A DNA stretch of 64,000 nucleotides, from NCBI GenBank assembly GCA_041690395.1, contig JAWLHJ010000002.1:324707-388706 (forward strand), written 5' to 3'. The notes under the pieces were generated by a model. It worked only from the letters and a program-made list of their open reading frames with translations, had not been told where the DNA came from and did not search any database. Numbering within the stretch: position 1 is the stretch's first letter; every line of letters begins with the position of its first letter. A program made the translations under genes and the position numbers. Below are positions 29,595 to 38,871 of the stretch, one piece after another. Source of the stretch: Longimicrobiales bacterium (GTDB taxonomy: Bacteria > Gemmatimonadota > Gemmatimonadetes > Longimicrobiales > Gaopeijiaceae).

Positions 29595-29828
29595 TCAAGC
29601 GTGATCGACGATGGCGTCCTCGCCTTCCGCGCGGGCGCAGTGAGCTCCGCAGAAGTACCGCCCGTCCACCTCCGCGCCGTGCCCCACGATCTTGCAGCCA
29701 CAGTTCTCGCATACGGGGGCGAGCTTGTGGATCGCGCACTCGAAGCAGTCGAAGACGTGGGTTCGGCCCGCCGCCGTCACCTCGAACGAGGCGTAGTAGT
29801 CGTTCCCGCACACCTCACAGACGGCCAT
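29595..29828 (-). CDS. Small Cys/His-rich protein (prokaryotic metallothionein-like)
   Basis: CEVCGNDY, FDCFECAIH, CENCGCKIVGHG, FCGAHCA; GGAGGG RBS. Confidence 0.8.
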   Translation of the reverse strand: MAVCEVCGNDYYASFEVTAAGRTHVFDCFECAIHKLAPVCENCGCKIVGHGAEVDGRYFCGAHCARAEGEDAIVDHA

Positions 29829-30012
29829 CGGTCCCTCCTGGTCCGCGGTCGGCGACACGCGCCGGCCTTGAAGTCGCTCAGGTTCAGAATTGACGGTGGC
29901 GCCGGGTCGCCGCAAGGGTGTCCCCCAGTGCCCCCGCCACCAGGGCCCCGCGCTGGACGCCCCCACGTCCCGCCCGCATCATGGATGCTCCCTCGAGACC
30001 CCGGGAGATCCC

Positions 30013-30882
30013 ATGCGCCCACTTCGACTCGTCCTCATCCTGACGCTGCCCTCGCTCGTGTCGTGCGGCTGGATCGAGCGCGAACGCGAGGAAGCGGCGG
30101 CCGCGGCCCGCCTCGAGACACTGGCCGAAGTCGAGGGAATGCTCTCGGAGGCCGTGCGCGCGGCGAACCGGACAGCGGGGACGGCCGACCGCATCCTCAG
30201 CCCCATGCCGGTCATGACCCCGGCGGAGGAGGCCCGGCTCCGGCGGTATCTGAACGCGAGCCACGTGGCCAGCGCGCGGAGAAACGGCGTGCGCGCCCGG
30301 GATGCGGAGACCGTCGACAGTCTCGTCGCGGCCGGCCGCCTCGTGGCGCTCGAGGACAGCACCCAATACTGGATCGTGAGGCCTCGCACGGCGCCCACGT
30401 ACGTCGTCCCGGAGATGCGCGCCCTGCTCGAGACGCTCGGGCGGCGCTTCCAGGAGCGGCTCGCGGCCCTCGGCCTGCCGCCGTACCGGATCGAGGTGAC
30501 CAGCGCACTCCGCACGGCCGAGCGGCAGGCGCGGCTGCGAGGGTCCAACGCCAACGCCGCGGCCGGAGCCAGCTCGCACGAGTTCGGAACCACGGTCGAC
30601 CTGTCCTACGCGGCGTTCGCTCCGCCGTACGAGACGCCCGACGTCCTCCCGCCGGGGGCACCCGACGCCTTCCGCCCCCACGTGGAGCGGCTCGTCGATC
30701 TGGCCCTCGAATCCGTGTCGGCCCGGAAGTCGCGCGAGTTGGGTAGGATCTTCAGCGACGTCCTCGCCGAAGCGCAGGACGAGGGGATCGCGCTGGTGAT
30801 CTACGAACGCCAGCAAACCGTCTACCACCTCACCGTCGGAGACCGGATGGTCGACCCAACGCGGGTAGCGCCCGAATCTTGA
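30013..30882 (+). CDS. DUF5715 family lipoprotein (DD-peptidase/M15-like motifs)
   Basis: Lipobox LVSC; VTSALRT, N.NA...SSHEFGTTVDLSY, E.QQ..YHLTV. Confidence 0.75.
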   Translation: MRPLRLVLILTLPSLVSCGWIEREREEAAAAARLETLAEVEGMLSEAVRAANRTAGTADRILSPMPVMTPAEEARLRRYLNASHVASARRNGVRARDAETVDSLVAAGRLVALEDSTQYWIVRPRTAPTYVVPEMRALLETLGRRFQERLAALGLPPYRIEVTSALRTAERQARLRGSNANAAAGASSHEFGTTVDLSYAAFAPPYETPDVLPPGAPDAFRPHVERLVDLALESVSARKSRELGRIFSDVLAEAQDEGIALVIYERQQTVYHLTVGDRMVDPTRVAPES

Positions 30883-32279
30883 TGACCGATCACGACAGCT
30901 TTCTCCGGCAGCTCGGGGACCGGTTGAGCACGGATGCCGTCGTCACGGACCCCGCCGACCTCGAGCCTCGCCTCGTCGACTGGCGAAAGGTCTACCGCGG
31001 TCGGGCCATCGCCCTCGTGCGACCCCGCGACGTGAGCGAGGTCGCCGCGACGGTCCGGGTCGCGGCGGAGCACGGCGTGGCCATCGTCCCCCAGGGTGGC
31101 AACACGGGCCTCTCCGGGGGCGCCACACCGCTCCCGGACCGGAGCCAGATCGTGCTTTCCCTCGAACGTATGGCCCGCATCCGCGCCGTCGACCGGGTCG
31201 GCATGACCGTGGAGGCCGACGCCGGCTGCGTCGTGGAGGACGTCAAGCGGGCCGCCGAGGACGTCGGCCGCCTCCTCCCCATCGGATTCGGCGCGCAGGG
31301 GTCCGCGCACATCGGGGGCATCGTGTCGACCAACGCCGGTGGCGTGAACGCGCTCCGCTACGGCACCACGCGGCAGCTCGTCCTCGGGCTGGAAGCCGTG
31401 CTCGCGGACGGTACGGTGCTGCACGGGCTCCGCGGGCTGCGTAAGGACAACGCGGGCTACGACTGGAAGCAGATCCTGATCGGGTCCGAAGGCACGCTCG
31501 GCATCGTGACGGGCGCGTTGCTGCGTTTGGTCCCCCGTCCCCGCGAGCGCGAGAGCGCGTGGATCAGCGTGACGAGCCCGACGCGCGCCCTGGAGTTGCT
31601 CGAGCGCCTCCTCGACCGCATGGGGGACTCGATCGTCGCGTTCGAGCTCATGTCACACGCGAGCGTGAGCAAGGGTACGCACTACCTGGACATCGACCTT
31701 CCCGTGGCGGAATCGGCCTGGCACGTGCTGGTGGAGGTCGCCGACAGCGCGGGAGAGCTGAAGCGAAGACTCGAGGAGGGGCTGCTCGCGGCGGCGGAGT
31801 CCGGGCTGCTGGAAGACGCGGTGCCTGCCGCCACGGACATCCAGCGGGAGCGATTCTGGACGTTGCGGGAGGGGCTCGGCGAGGCGGAGCGCCACGCCGG
31901 CGCGACCGCGAAGCACGACGTGGCGGTGAGCGTCTCGGACGTGCCGGCCTTCCTCGAGGAAGCCGAGCGGGCCGCCCTCGGGGTCGGCCCCGGCCTCTCG
32001 ATCAACGCGTACGGCCACCTGGCGGACGGCAACGTCCACTTCAACGTGATGCTCGGTGACGGCGGAGTGCCCGTAGAGGCCGTGGGCCGAGCCGTGCACG
32101 ACGTGGTCGCGCGGTTCGACGGGTCGATCTCGGCCGAGCACGGCATCGGGCGGGGCCGAGTCGACGAGCTCGAACGCCTCAAGCCGCCGGCCGAGCTGGA
32201 GCTCATGAGGAAGCTCAAGCACGCCCTGGATCCCCAGGGGCTGCTGAACCCCGGAAAGGTGCTGGCGTCCCGAGGTTGA
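30882..32279 (+). CDS. FAD-linked oxidase (D-2-hydroxyglutarate/D-lactate dehydrogenase-like)
   Basis: PQGGNTGL, LRKDNAGYD, GSEGTLG, GHLADGNVHFN, SISAEHGIG, LNPGK. Confidence 0.9.
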   Translation: MTDHDSFLRQLGDRLSTDAVVTDPADLEPRLVDWRKVYRGRAIALVRPRDVSEVAATVRVAAEHGVAIVPQGGNTGLSGGATPLPDRSQIVLSLERMARIRAVDRVGMTVEADAGCVVEDVKRAAEDVGRLLPIGFGAQGSAHIGGIVSTNAGGVNALRYGTTRQLVLGLEAVLADGTVLHGLRGLRKDNAGYDWKQILIGSEGTLGIVTGALLRLVPRPRERESAWISVTSPTRALELLERLLDRMGDSIVAFELMSHASVSKGTHYLDIDLPVAESAWHVLVEVADSAGELKRRLEEGLLAAAESGLLEDAVPAATDIQRERFWTLREGLGEAERHAGATAKHDVAVSVSDVPAFLEEAERAALGVGPGLSINAYGHLADGNVHFNVMLGDGGVPVEAVGRAVHDVVARFDGSISAEHGIGRGRVDELERLKPPAELELMRKLKHALDPQGLLNPGKVLASRG

Positions 32280-32359
32280 GCGCGGCCCCCTTGCCCGGGG
32301 CCGGGGGCTGACCGTTCTTCGATACTCGAGTCGGGGACCGTCATCAAGGAGCATCAGGC

Positions 32360-33238
32360 ATGAGCACGCCCGGGGACGAAGCGAACGATTCCACGCCGGA
32401 TCCGTCGCACTCGACGGGGTCGCAGGAGGGCGCCGCCAGCTCCGCCCCATCGGACCCCGGCACCTCACCCGGCGCTGGCGGCCCGATCGACGGCGCGCGC
32501 CCGAAGCGCCCGTGGCCGGTGACCGCCGCCGCGATCGTCCTGGTTCTCGCGCTCCTGGTCGCGGTGGCGGCCGCCCTGGCGGGCTTCGGCAGCCGGTGGG
32601 GGCTCTGGAACTTCCGCACCGGATTCAGCGTCCTCCGCTGGGCAGCCTACGGCGGACTCGCGACCACGGTGCTCGTGCTCCCGATCCTGTGGCTCACCCG
32701 GCCCGGCCAGAAGAAGCCCCAGGGCTTCTTCTTCGCCGTGCTGGCCCTCCTCCTGTCCGCTCCCGTCTTCGTGGTCCCGCTGATGTGGCGCGCCCGGGCG
32801 GGAGACGTACCTCCCATCCACGACATCACCACGGACACCAACGATCCTCCCCGCTTCCAGGATATCGCCCCCCTGCGCGCGGACGCGCCGAACCCGGTGG
32901 AGTATCCCGGCTCCGAGGTCGCTGCGCAGCAGAGGGCCGCCTATCCCGACATCCGGCCGACCGTGCTGGACGTGCCCATGGGACAGGCCTTCGAGCGGGC
33001 GCTCGCTGCCGCCCGGGCCATGGGATGGGAGATCGTCGCCTCCGACGTCGAGGAGGGTCGGATCGAAGCGACTGACCGAACGTTCTGGTTCGGGTTCAGG
33101 GACGACGTCGTGATCCGGCTCACGCCCAGCGGAAGCCGGACCATCGTGGACGTCCGCTCCAAGTCCCGGGTCGGCGGCAGCGATGTCGGGACGAACGCGC
33201 GTCGGATCCGCTCGTACCTGGAGCGGCTCATGGCGTAG
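32360..33238 (+). CDS. DUF1499 domain membrane protein
   Basis: Three TM helices, PPIHDITTD, YPDI.P, IEAT..T.WFGFRDDVVIR, DVRS.SRVG.SD.G.NA.RI. Confidence 0.9.
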   Translation: MSTPGDEANDSTPDPSHSTGSQEGAASSAPSDPGTSPGAGGPIDGARPKRPWPVTAAAIVLVLALLVAVAAALAGFGSRWGLWNFRTGFSVLRWAAYGGLATTVLVLPILWLTRPGQKKPQGFFFAVLALLLSAPVFVVPLMWRARAGDVPPIHDITTDTNDPPRFQDIAPLRADAPNPVEYPGSEVAAQQRAAYPDIRPTVLDVPMGQAFERALAAARAMGWEIVASDVEEGRIEATDRTFWFGFRDDVVIRLTPSGSRTIVDVRSKSRVGGSDVGTNARRIRSYLERLMA

Positions 33239-33411
33239 GGCTCCGCCCGCGCGCCGGCGCGCAGCCCGCCACGCTTCGATTGACGGGGACGCGATCCACG
33301 CGCCATTCTGGCGTTCCCGCATCCACAGCGAAGGAGCTTCGTGAACCGAGACACCCCCTCGCCCCCGGAGAGACCGGCCCCACCGTTAGGCGCGCCCCAC
33401 CGGGGACCTGG

Positions 33412-34680
33412 ATGTTGACCCGCGCCCCTCGAGTCCAATCGGCGGCCGCGTTTCTCGTCCTTGTGACCGGACTCGCCTGCGACCCCGGCACCGACGAGTC
33501 TCCAGACGACTCGCGCACGAGCGAACGCCCCTCCACGAGCTCGTACCTGTACGTCTGGGCCGGGGCCGAGAGCGAAAATGACTCGGACTTCCTCGCGGTC
33601 CTGGACGCGGATCCCCTCTCGGTGGCCTACGGAGAGGTTCTGGGCAGCGTCCCTACGGGGCTGAGAGGCATGGCACACCATTCGGAGCACGTCATGCCCC
33701 GTGGGGACACCCTGTTCGTGAACGCCTTCAACGCCGGCACCACGTTCCTGGTGGACGTCTCGGACCCCTTCGCTCCTGTGATCGCCAGCTCCTTCGAGGA
33801 GCGCGGAACGTTCACCTTCCCCCACACGTTCGAACGCCTTCCCAATGGGAACGTGTTGGCCACGTTCCAGACACAGGGCGAGGGCAACCAGTCGCCCGGG
33901 GGCCTGGCGGAGCTCGATCCCTCCGGAAACGTCGTGAGGAGCGGGTACGCCGCGGACCCCGAGGACCCGGAGCTCCGACCCTACAGCGCGACGCCTATCC
34001 CCGCCCTGGATCGCATCGTCAGCACGACGTCGGACATGTTCATGGAGGCCACGGGCACCTCGTTCCAGGTCTGGCGCCTCTCGGATCTCACCCTGCTCAA
34101 GACGGTGCGACTTCCGCCAGGACCTCGGGGGAACGAGCACATGGACCCCGCGGAGGTCCGGTTGTTGGCGGATAGCGTGACCGCCGTTCTCACCACGTTC
34201 ACCTGCGCCATGTATCTCCTCCACGACCTCGAGTCCGAGGATCCCTGGGCTGAACTGGTGCATGTGCTGCCATGGGAAACCTACGACACGGACGATTGCG
34301 CAATCCCGGTAACCCGCGGCCGGTACTGGGTTCAGGCCCACGGACACTCGAGCGGGTCGGCACTGGTGGCCCTGGACATGTCGGACCCGGGGGCGCCGCG
34401 GGTGGTGAGCGAGTTGCGGCGGGAGGAGAAGTGGTGGCCGCACTGGCTGTCTCTCGAGCCCGAGGGGGACAGAATCGTGGTGACCTCCAATCCGGGAGGC
34501 ACGCTCCACAGAGTCCTCGTGGCTCGGCTGGACCCCACGACCGGAGCCCTCACCTGGGACACCACCTTTCGAGATCCAGGATCGGCCGAGCCGGGGGTGA
34601 GCTTCAAGCGGACCTCCTGGCCCCACGGACAGGCCGGCCCGGGACTCCCTCATGGCGCCGTGTTTTCCAGGCCGAGATGA
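33412..34680 (+). CDS. Selenium-binding protein (SBP56)/methanethiol oxidase-like beta-propeller lipoprotein
   Basis: Lipobox GLAC; YLYVWAG..DFLAVLD.DP....YG.V, AHHSEH, PHTF, WWPHW, PHGAVF. Confidence 0.65.
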   Translation: MLTRAPRVQSAAAFLVLVTGLACDPGTDESPDDSRTSERPSTSSYLYVWAGAESENDSDFLAVLDADPLSVAYGEVLGSVPTGLRGMAHHSEHVMPRGDTLFVNAFNAGTTFLVDVSDPFAPVIASSFEERGTFTFPHTFERLPNGNVLATFQTQGEGNQSPGGLAELDPSGNVVRSGYAADPEDPELRPYSATPIPALDRIVSTTSDMFMEATGTSFQVWRLSDLTLLKTVRLPPGPRGNEHMDPAEVRLLADSVTAVLTTFTCAMYLLHDLESEDPWAELVHVLPWETYDTDDCAIPVTRGRYWVQAHGHSSGSALVALDMSDPGAPRVVSELRREEKWWPHWLSLEPEGDRIVVTSNPGGTLHRVLVARLDPTTGALTWDTTFRDPGSAEPGVSFKRTSWPHGQAGPGLPHGAVFSRPR

Positions 34681-34928
34681 TGTCTGCCCCCGTGTTGACG
34701 CGACGCGCGGCTCTGTTCCACTTGGGTGCCGCCGCCGGGGCGCTTCTAGCCTCGCCCTCCGTTCTGACCGCCGCTCCGGGTGGGGCTCCGCATCGGGGCC
34801 GGCGGCGAATATCTCGCGAATCCCGAGGATATGCCGAAGGACTCATCCGCCGCGGGTACTCCGACGAGCACATCTCGTTGATGCTGGGCGGGAGCTTCCA
34901 GCGGGTGCTGACGGAGATCTGGGGATAG
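34677..34928 (+). pseudogene. Internally deleted Tat-exported membrane dipeptidase (M19) remnant
   Basis: Tat-like leader LTRRAAL fused directly to the dipeptidase-type C-terminus EGLIRRGYSDEHISLMLGGSFQRVLTEIW; catalytic core absent. Confidence 0.65.
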
Positions 34929-34943
34929 ACGCCGGGGTGGGCG

Positions 34944-35339
34944 TCAGGTCCCGGTGAGCTCGCTGAGCCTGATGCCCATCGCCTGGGCAGCCCCGGCCAT
35001 GCGGCCATCGAAGGTCGCGAGCTCGACTTCCTGACCTTGCTGGCGCAGATAGGCGATCGATGCGAGGTGAAGCGCGTCGAGCGTGCGCACGGGTTCGGGA
35101 AAGGCATCGAGCGCCCTCTCCAGCACCTCATCGTTCAGGGCCAACCGCGCCACACGGGCGAGGAGCAGCCTGGCAACGTCGCCGTGGGTCGCGGCCAGAT
35201 CACGGGCGTGCAGACGCGTCCAGAGCTCATAGTCGAGCAACCGGCTCGACACGAGCTCCTCGGACCACAACTCGGGAGGAGGACGGCGATCCTCGGCAAG
35301 CAGGTGCGCCAGGGCGACGGACGTATCCAGGTAGATCAC
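34944..35339 (-). CDS. vapC: PIN-domain VapC-family toxin
   Basis: IYLDTS, SS.L...E, RTLDALHLAS, TFD.RM..AA; GTGA overlap with antitoxin. Confidence 0.88.
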   Translation of the reverse strand: MIYLDTSVALAHLLAEDRRPPPELWSEELVSSRLLDYELWTRLHARDLAATHGDVARLLLARVARLALNDEVLERALDAFPEPVRTLDALHLASIAYLRQQGQEVELATFDGRMAGAAQAMGIRLSELTGT

Positions 35340-35623
35340 CGATCGGCACGATCCACGTCGAGCTCGGCCATGAGCTCCGCGAGCGGAGCCACGGGGCGTG
35401 ACGGAGGAGGTGCGCCCGGTCTGATCGTCGGAGGGGTCACTAGGCCCCGCTCCACCAAGGCCCCCAGGCTTCCCTCATACGGATCCGTAGGACGGACGGC
35501 CGCGATACCGCGCCGGAGCACTTCGGAGCGCGACACGCCCAGCGCCGAAGCCGCGCGGTCCAACTCGGCGCGCTCCTCCGGGGAGAGGTAGACCTGGATG
35601 GGTTCTCGGACGACTTTCGCCAT
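35336..35623 (-). CDS. CopG/ribbon-helix-helix antitoxin (VapB-like)
   Basis: IQVYL...E..ELD..A...GVSRSEVLRR RHH pattern; upstream of and coupled to vapC. Confidence 0.8.
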   Translation of the reverse strand: MAKVVREPIQVYLSPEERAELDRAASALGVSRSEVLRRGIAAVRPTDPYEGSLGALVERGLVTPPTIRPGAPPPSRPVAPLAELMAELDVDRADR

Positions 35624-35642
35624 GAGGGTGAATTTACCTCAT
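35622..35642 (-). promoter_or_regulatory. Putative vapBC operator and -10 element
   Basis: ATGAGG-N9-CCTCAT inverted repeat overlapping the start codon and enclosing TAAATT 7 nt before the ATG (minus strand). Confidence 0.45.
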
Positions 35643-35731
35643 TTGCATCCAAATTCGTAGGCGTGAGGTGGAACGAGCGTGCGGTCCCCCGTATGATGGG
35701 ATTCATCCATCCACCCCTCGGGATACCGACG

Positions 35732-36301
35732 ATGGCTGAAACGCAGCGCTTCGACGAAGCCCTCCTCGAGACCGTGGGCGGCGATCGCGATCGGGCCGAG
35801 CTTCTGCTGTCTCAGCTCTATCCTCAGCTTCGGCGCCTGGCCCACGCGAAGCTCCGGGGGGAGCGTCCCCATCACACCCTCGACACGTCGGCGCTGGCCC
35901 ATGAGGCGTACCTGAAGCTCTCCGGCGAGACCCGCGTCGAATGGCAAAGCCGCTCACACTTCCTCGCCATGGCGGCGGTGGCCATGAGGCGGATCCTGAT
36001 CGACTACGCCAAGGGACGGAACGCCGCCAAGCGAGGAGGGGGCCAGGCCGTCCATGTCACCTTGGACGGCGCCTCCATTCCCGAGGACCGGGGAACGCTC
36101 GAGCCCGTTGATCTCTTGCAGCTCGAATCGTCGCTTACCAGGCTGGAGGGATTCAATCCACGGGGCGCCGCCGTGGTCCAGTACCGCTTCTTCGCGGGGC
36201 TCAAGAATGAAGAGATCGCCGAGATCCTCGGCGTGTCGGTGCCGACCGTACGCCGATCGTGGGCCGTGGCCCGGGCCTGGCTCGCCAAAGAGATGGCCTG
36301 A
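35732..36301 (+). CDS. ECF sigma factor of the Ser/Thr-kinase-associated (TIGR02999-like) type
   Basis: LYPQLRRLAH..L.GER..HTLDTSALAHEAYLKL, W.SR.HF...AA.AMRRILIDYA, RFFAGL...EIAE.LGVS..TV.R.W..ARAWL. Confidence 0.9.
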   Translation: MAETQRFDEALLETVGGDRDRAELLLSQLYPQLRRLAHAKLRGERPHHTLDTSALAHEAYLKLSGETRVEWQSRSHFLAMAAVAMRRILIDYAKGRNAAKRGGGQAVHVTLDGASIPEDRGTLEPVDLLQLESSLTRLEGFNPRGAAVVQYRFFAGLKNEEIAEILGVSVPTVRRSWAVARAWLAKEMA

Positions 36302-36328
36302 CGGCGCCCCGGCCGGAACCAGCGGACG

Positions 36329-38797
36329 ATGACGTCGGGCGCTCCGGGCGGCGATGCAGGTCGGTGGGAGCGGATCGAAGAGATCTGCTTCGGCGCCATG
36401 GAACGCGCTCCGGCCGACCGCTCGGCATACCTGGACCTCCACTGCGCCGGCGACGATGCGCTGCGCGCGGAGATCGAGGCACTGCTCCGGGCCGCGGACA
36501 CCCGGCCCGACTTTCTCAGCCATCCGGTTCTCTCGATTCCGGCGGACGCCGGCGCGGCCGAAGGAGCGCCCGACGCCGATCTTCCGAAGCGCGTAGGCCC
36601 CTACCGGATCGTTCGCCCCCTCGGCGAAGGGGGCATGGGACACGTCTACCTGGCCGTCCGCGAGGGTGACGGCTTCTCCAAGACCGTGGCCCTGAAGGTC
36701 GTCCGCCGCGGCCTGGACACGAGCCGGGTTCTGACCCGTTTCCGGGAGGAGCGTCGCATTCTGGCCGGGCTCGCCCATCCCAACATCGCGGCCCTCCTCG
36801 ACGGGGGAGCCACGGAAGACGGACGCCCCTACCTGGTAATGGAGTTCGTCGAAGGGGAGCCCATCGACCGTTACTGTGACCGTCGCGGCCTCCCGGTCCG
36901 CGATCGCCTGCGGCTGGTCACGACCATATGCGCGGCGGTCCACTACGCGCATCAGAACCTCGTGGTGCACCGGGACATCAAGCCACCGAACATTCTCGTG
37001 ACCGCCGAAGGCATCCCCAAGCTCCTGGACTTCGGAATCGGGAAGGTGCTGGCCGGAGAGGATGGCGACGAAGAGCTGACGGTCCTCGAGGAGCGAGCGA
37101 TGACCCCGGAGTACGCTGCGCCGGAGCAGCGGGCGGGCGCCGCGATCACGACGGCGACGGACGTCTACGCCCTCGGCGTCCTGCTGTATCGGCTGCTCAC
37201 GGGTCGACTACCCTGGGAGGGGGCCGCCACGTCGGGGGAGCGAGGCCAGAGCCGGACGGATCGCCCGGGCCCGAAGCGGCCGAGCACGGTGTCCGCCGAG
37301 GCTGGCCACATCTCGCCCGAGCTCGATGCCGTCGTGCTCAAGGCGCTCCGGTCGGAGCCGGAAGAACGTTACCCGGGGCCGCTGGCTCTGGCCGACGACC
37401 TCGAGCGCTTCCTGAACGGGCGCCCGGTCGCCGCGCGCGCGCCCAGCTTCCTCTACCTGTCCAGAAAGTTCATCTCCCGACACCGGCTCGCGGTCGGGGC
37501 ATCCATCGCGGTGGTCGCCGGCGGCCTGTCCATGACCGCCTACACATGGCTCCAGTCGCAAAGGGTCGCAGCAGAGCGCGACAAGGCCCTCGAGGTGAGG
37601 GGCTTTCTTCTCGAGACGTTCGGCGCGGCGGGCCCCGACCGTCGGACGGGGGATCCGGTCACGGCGCGCGCGCTCCTCGACGGGCAAGCAGCCACCGTCG
37701 TGGACGCCTACGCCGACGATCCGGCCTTGAGAGCCGAGATGATGATGGTGCTGGCCGAAGGGTACGAGCGGCTGGGACTCGTCGAAGAGGCGCAGTCGTG
37801 GGCGTCGAGGGTGGTGGCGGACCATGAGCTCCTACCTGATGCGGAGTACGCCGCCGCACAGACCCTCCTCGGCTGGATCCTGCATCAACAGGGGCGTTCC
37901 TCCGAGGCGGAGGCGCTCCTCGTGGAGTCGGTCGCTCGCGCGAGGGCAGCCTCCGGCGCCGAGCGGGTCCTGGCCCGCGCGCTCAACGATCTCGGCGTCG
38001 TCCTCGAGGCTCTGGGTGAGTACGACCGCTCGGGTGCGGCCCATGAGGAGGCCCTGGCGATGCGGGCCGAACTCTTCGGCGAAAGACACCGGAGCGTGGC
38101 CATCAGCGCGTCGAACCTGGCCGCCGTCCACTACCGCCGCGGAAACCTCGAGCGAGCCGTCCGCGAAGGGCAGAGAGCCCTGGAGATCATCGAGCGTTCG
38201 CTGGGGCCGGACCACCAGCGGACCATCATCGCCCAGAGCAATCTCGCCGTGTTCAAGCTGGTGCAGGGTGACCTGTCCGGCGCCGAGGCCGACTATCGCG
38301 ATCTCCTGGAGCGCCAAGCGCGGGTTCAGGGGCGTGAGCACCCGGTGACGGTGCGCGTCATGATGAGCCTCGCGAGCGTGCTCCGGCAGGCGGAGAAGTG
38401 GGAGGAGGCCGAGGACGTCCTGCGTGAAGCCCTCCGGATCACCAACCAGCGCCCCGAGGCCAACCCCGTCGACGTCGGCTACACCATGGCGACCCTCGGC
38501 GACATCCTCTCCGCGCGCGGAGCGCACCGGGAAGCGGTGGAGATGCTCGAGCGGAGTCTGGACCTCCAGGTCGGGGCGCTCGGTCTCCAGCATGTCGACG
38601 TGGCTCAGTCGCAGAGCTACCTCAGCCGCGCCTTCGAGCGCGTCGACTCCCTGGAGATCGCCGCCAGATGGCAGGAGCGGGCCGTGGCGACTCTCGGCGC
38701 CAGCCTGGGTGACGAGCATCCTCAGACGGCGTCGGAACGGGAGCGATTGGACGCTCTTCGTGATCGTGTAGGGCGCATCGGCGGCGAAAGCCGCTGA
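36329..38797 (+). CDS. Membrane Ser/Thr protein kinase with C-terminal TPR repeats
   Basis: GEGGMGHVY, VALK, HRDIKPPN, DFG, TPEYAAPE; TM segment; kinesin-light-chain-like TPRs (G..H...A.S.SNLA). Confidence 0.93.
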   Translation: MTSGAPGGDAGRWERIEEICFGAMERAPADRSAYLDLHCAGDDALRAEIEALLRAADTRPDFLSHPVLSIPADAGAAEGAPDADLPKRVGPYRIVRPLGEGGMGHVYLAVREGDGFSKTVALKVVRRGLDTSRVLTRFREERRILAGLAHPNIAALLDGGATEDGRPYLVMEFVEGEPIDRYCDRRGLPVRDRLRLVTTICAAVHYAHQNLVVHRDIKPPNILVTAEGIPKLLDFGIGKVLAGEDGDEELTVLEERAMTPEYAAPEQRAGAAITTATDVYALGVLLYRLLTGRLPWEGAATSGERGQSRTDRPGPKRPSTVSAEAGHISPELDAVVLKALRSEPEERYPGPLALADDLERFLNGRPVAARAPSFLYLSRKFISRHRLAVGASIAVVAGGLSMTAYTWLQSQRVAAERDKALEVRGFLLETFGAAGPDRRTGDPVTARALLDGQAATVVDAYADDPALRAEMMMVLAEGYERLGLVEEAQSWASRVVADHELLPDAEYAAAQTLLGWILHQQGRSSEAEALLVESVARARAASGAERVLARALNDLGVVLEALGEYDRSGAAHEEALAMRAELFGERHRSVAISASNLAAVHYRRGNLERAVREGQRALEIIERSLGPDHQRTIIAQSNLAVFKLVQGDLSGAEADYRDLLERQARVQGREHPVTVRVMMSLASVLRQAEKWEEAEDVLREALRITNQRPEANPVDVGYTMATLGDILSARGAHREAVEMLERSLDLQVGALGLQHVDVAQSQSYLSRAFERVDSLEIAARWQERAVATLGASLGDEHPQTASERERLDALRDRVGRIGGESR

Positions 38798-38871
38798 TCA
38801 CCCGACTCCCCTCTTCTCGCGTACTCCGATAAGGGCCGATACGGCCCACGGACTACGACCGAGGAGAAAAG

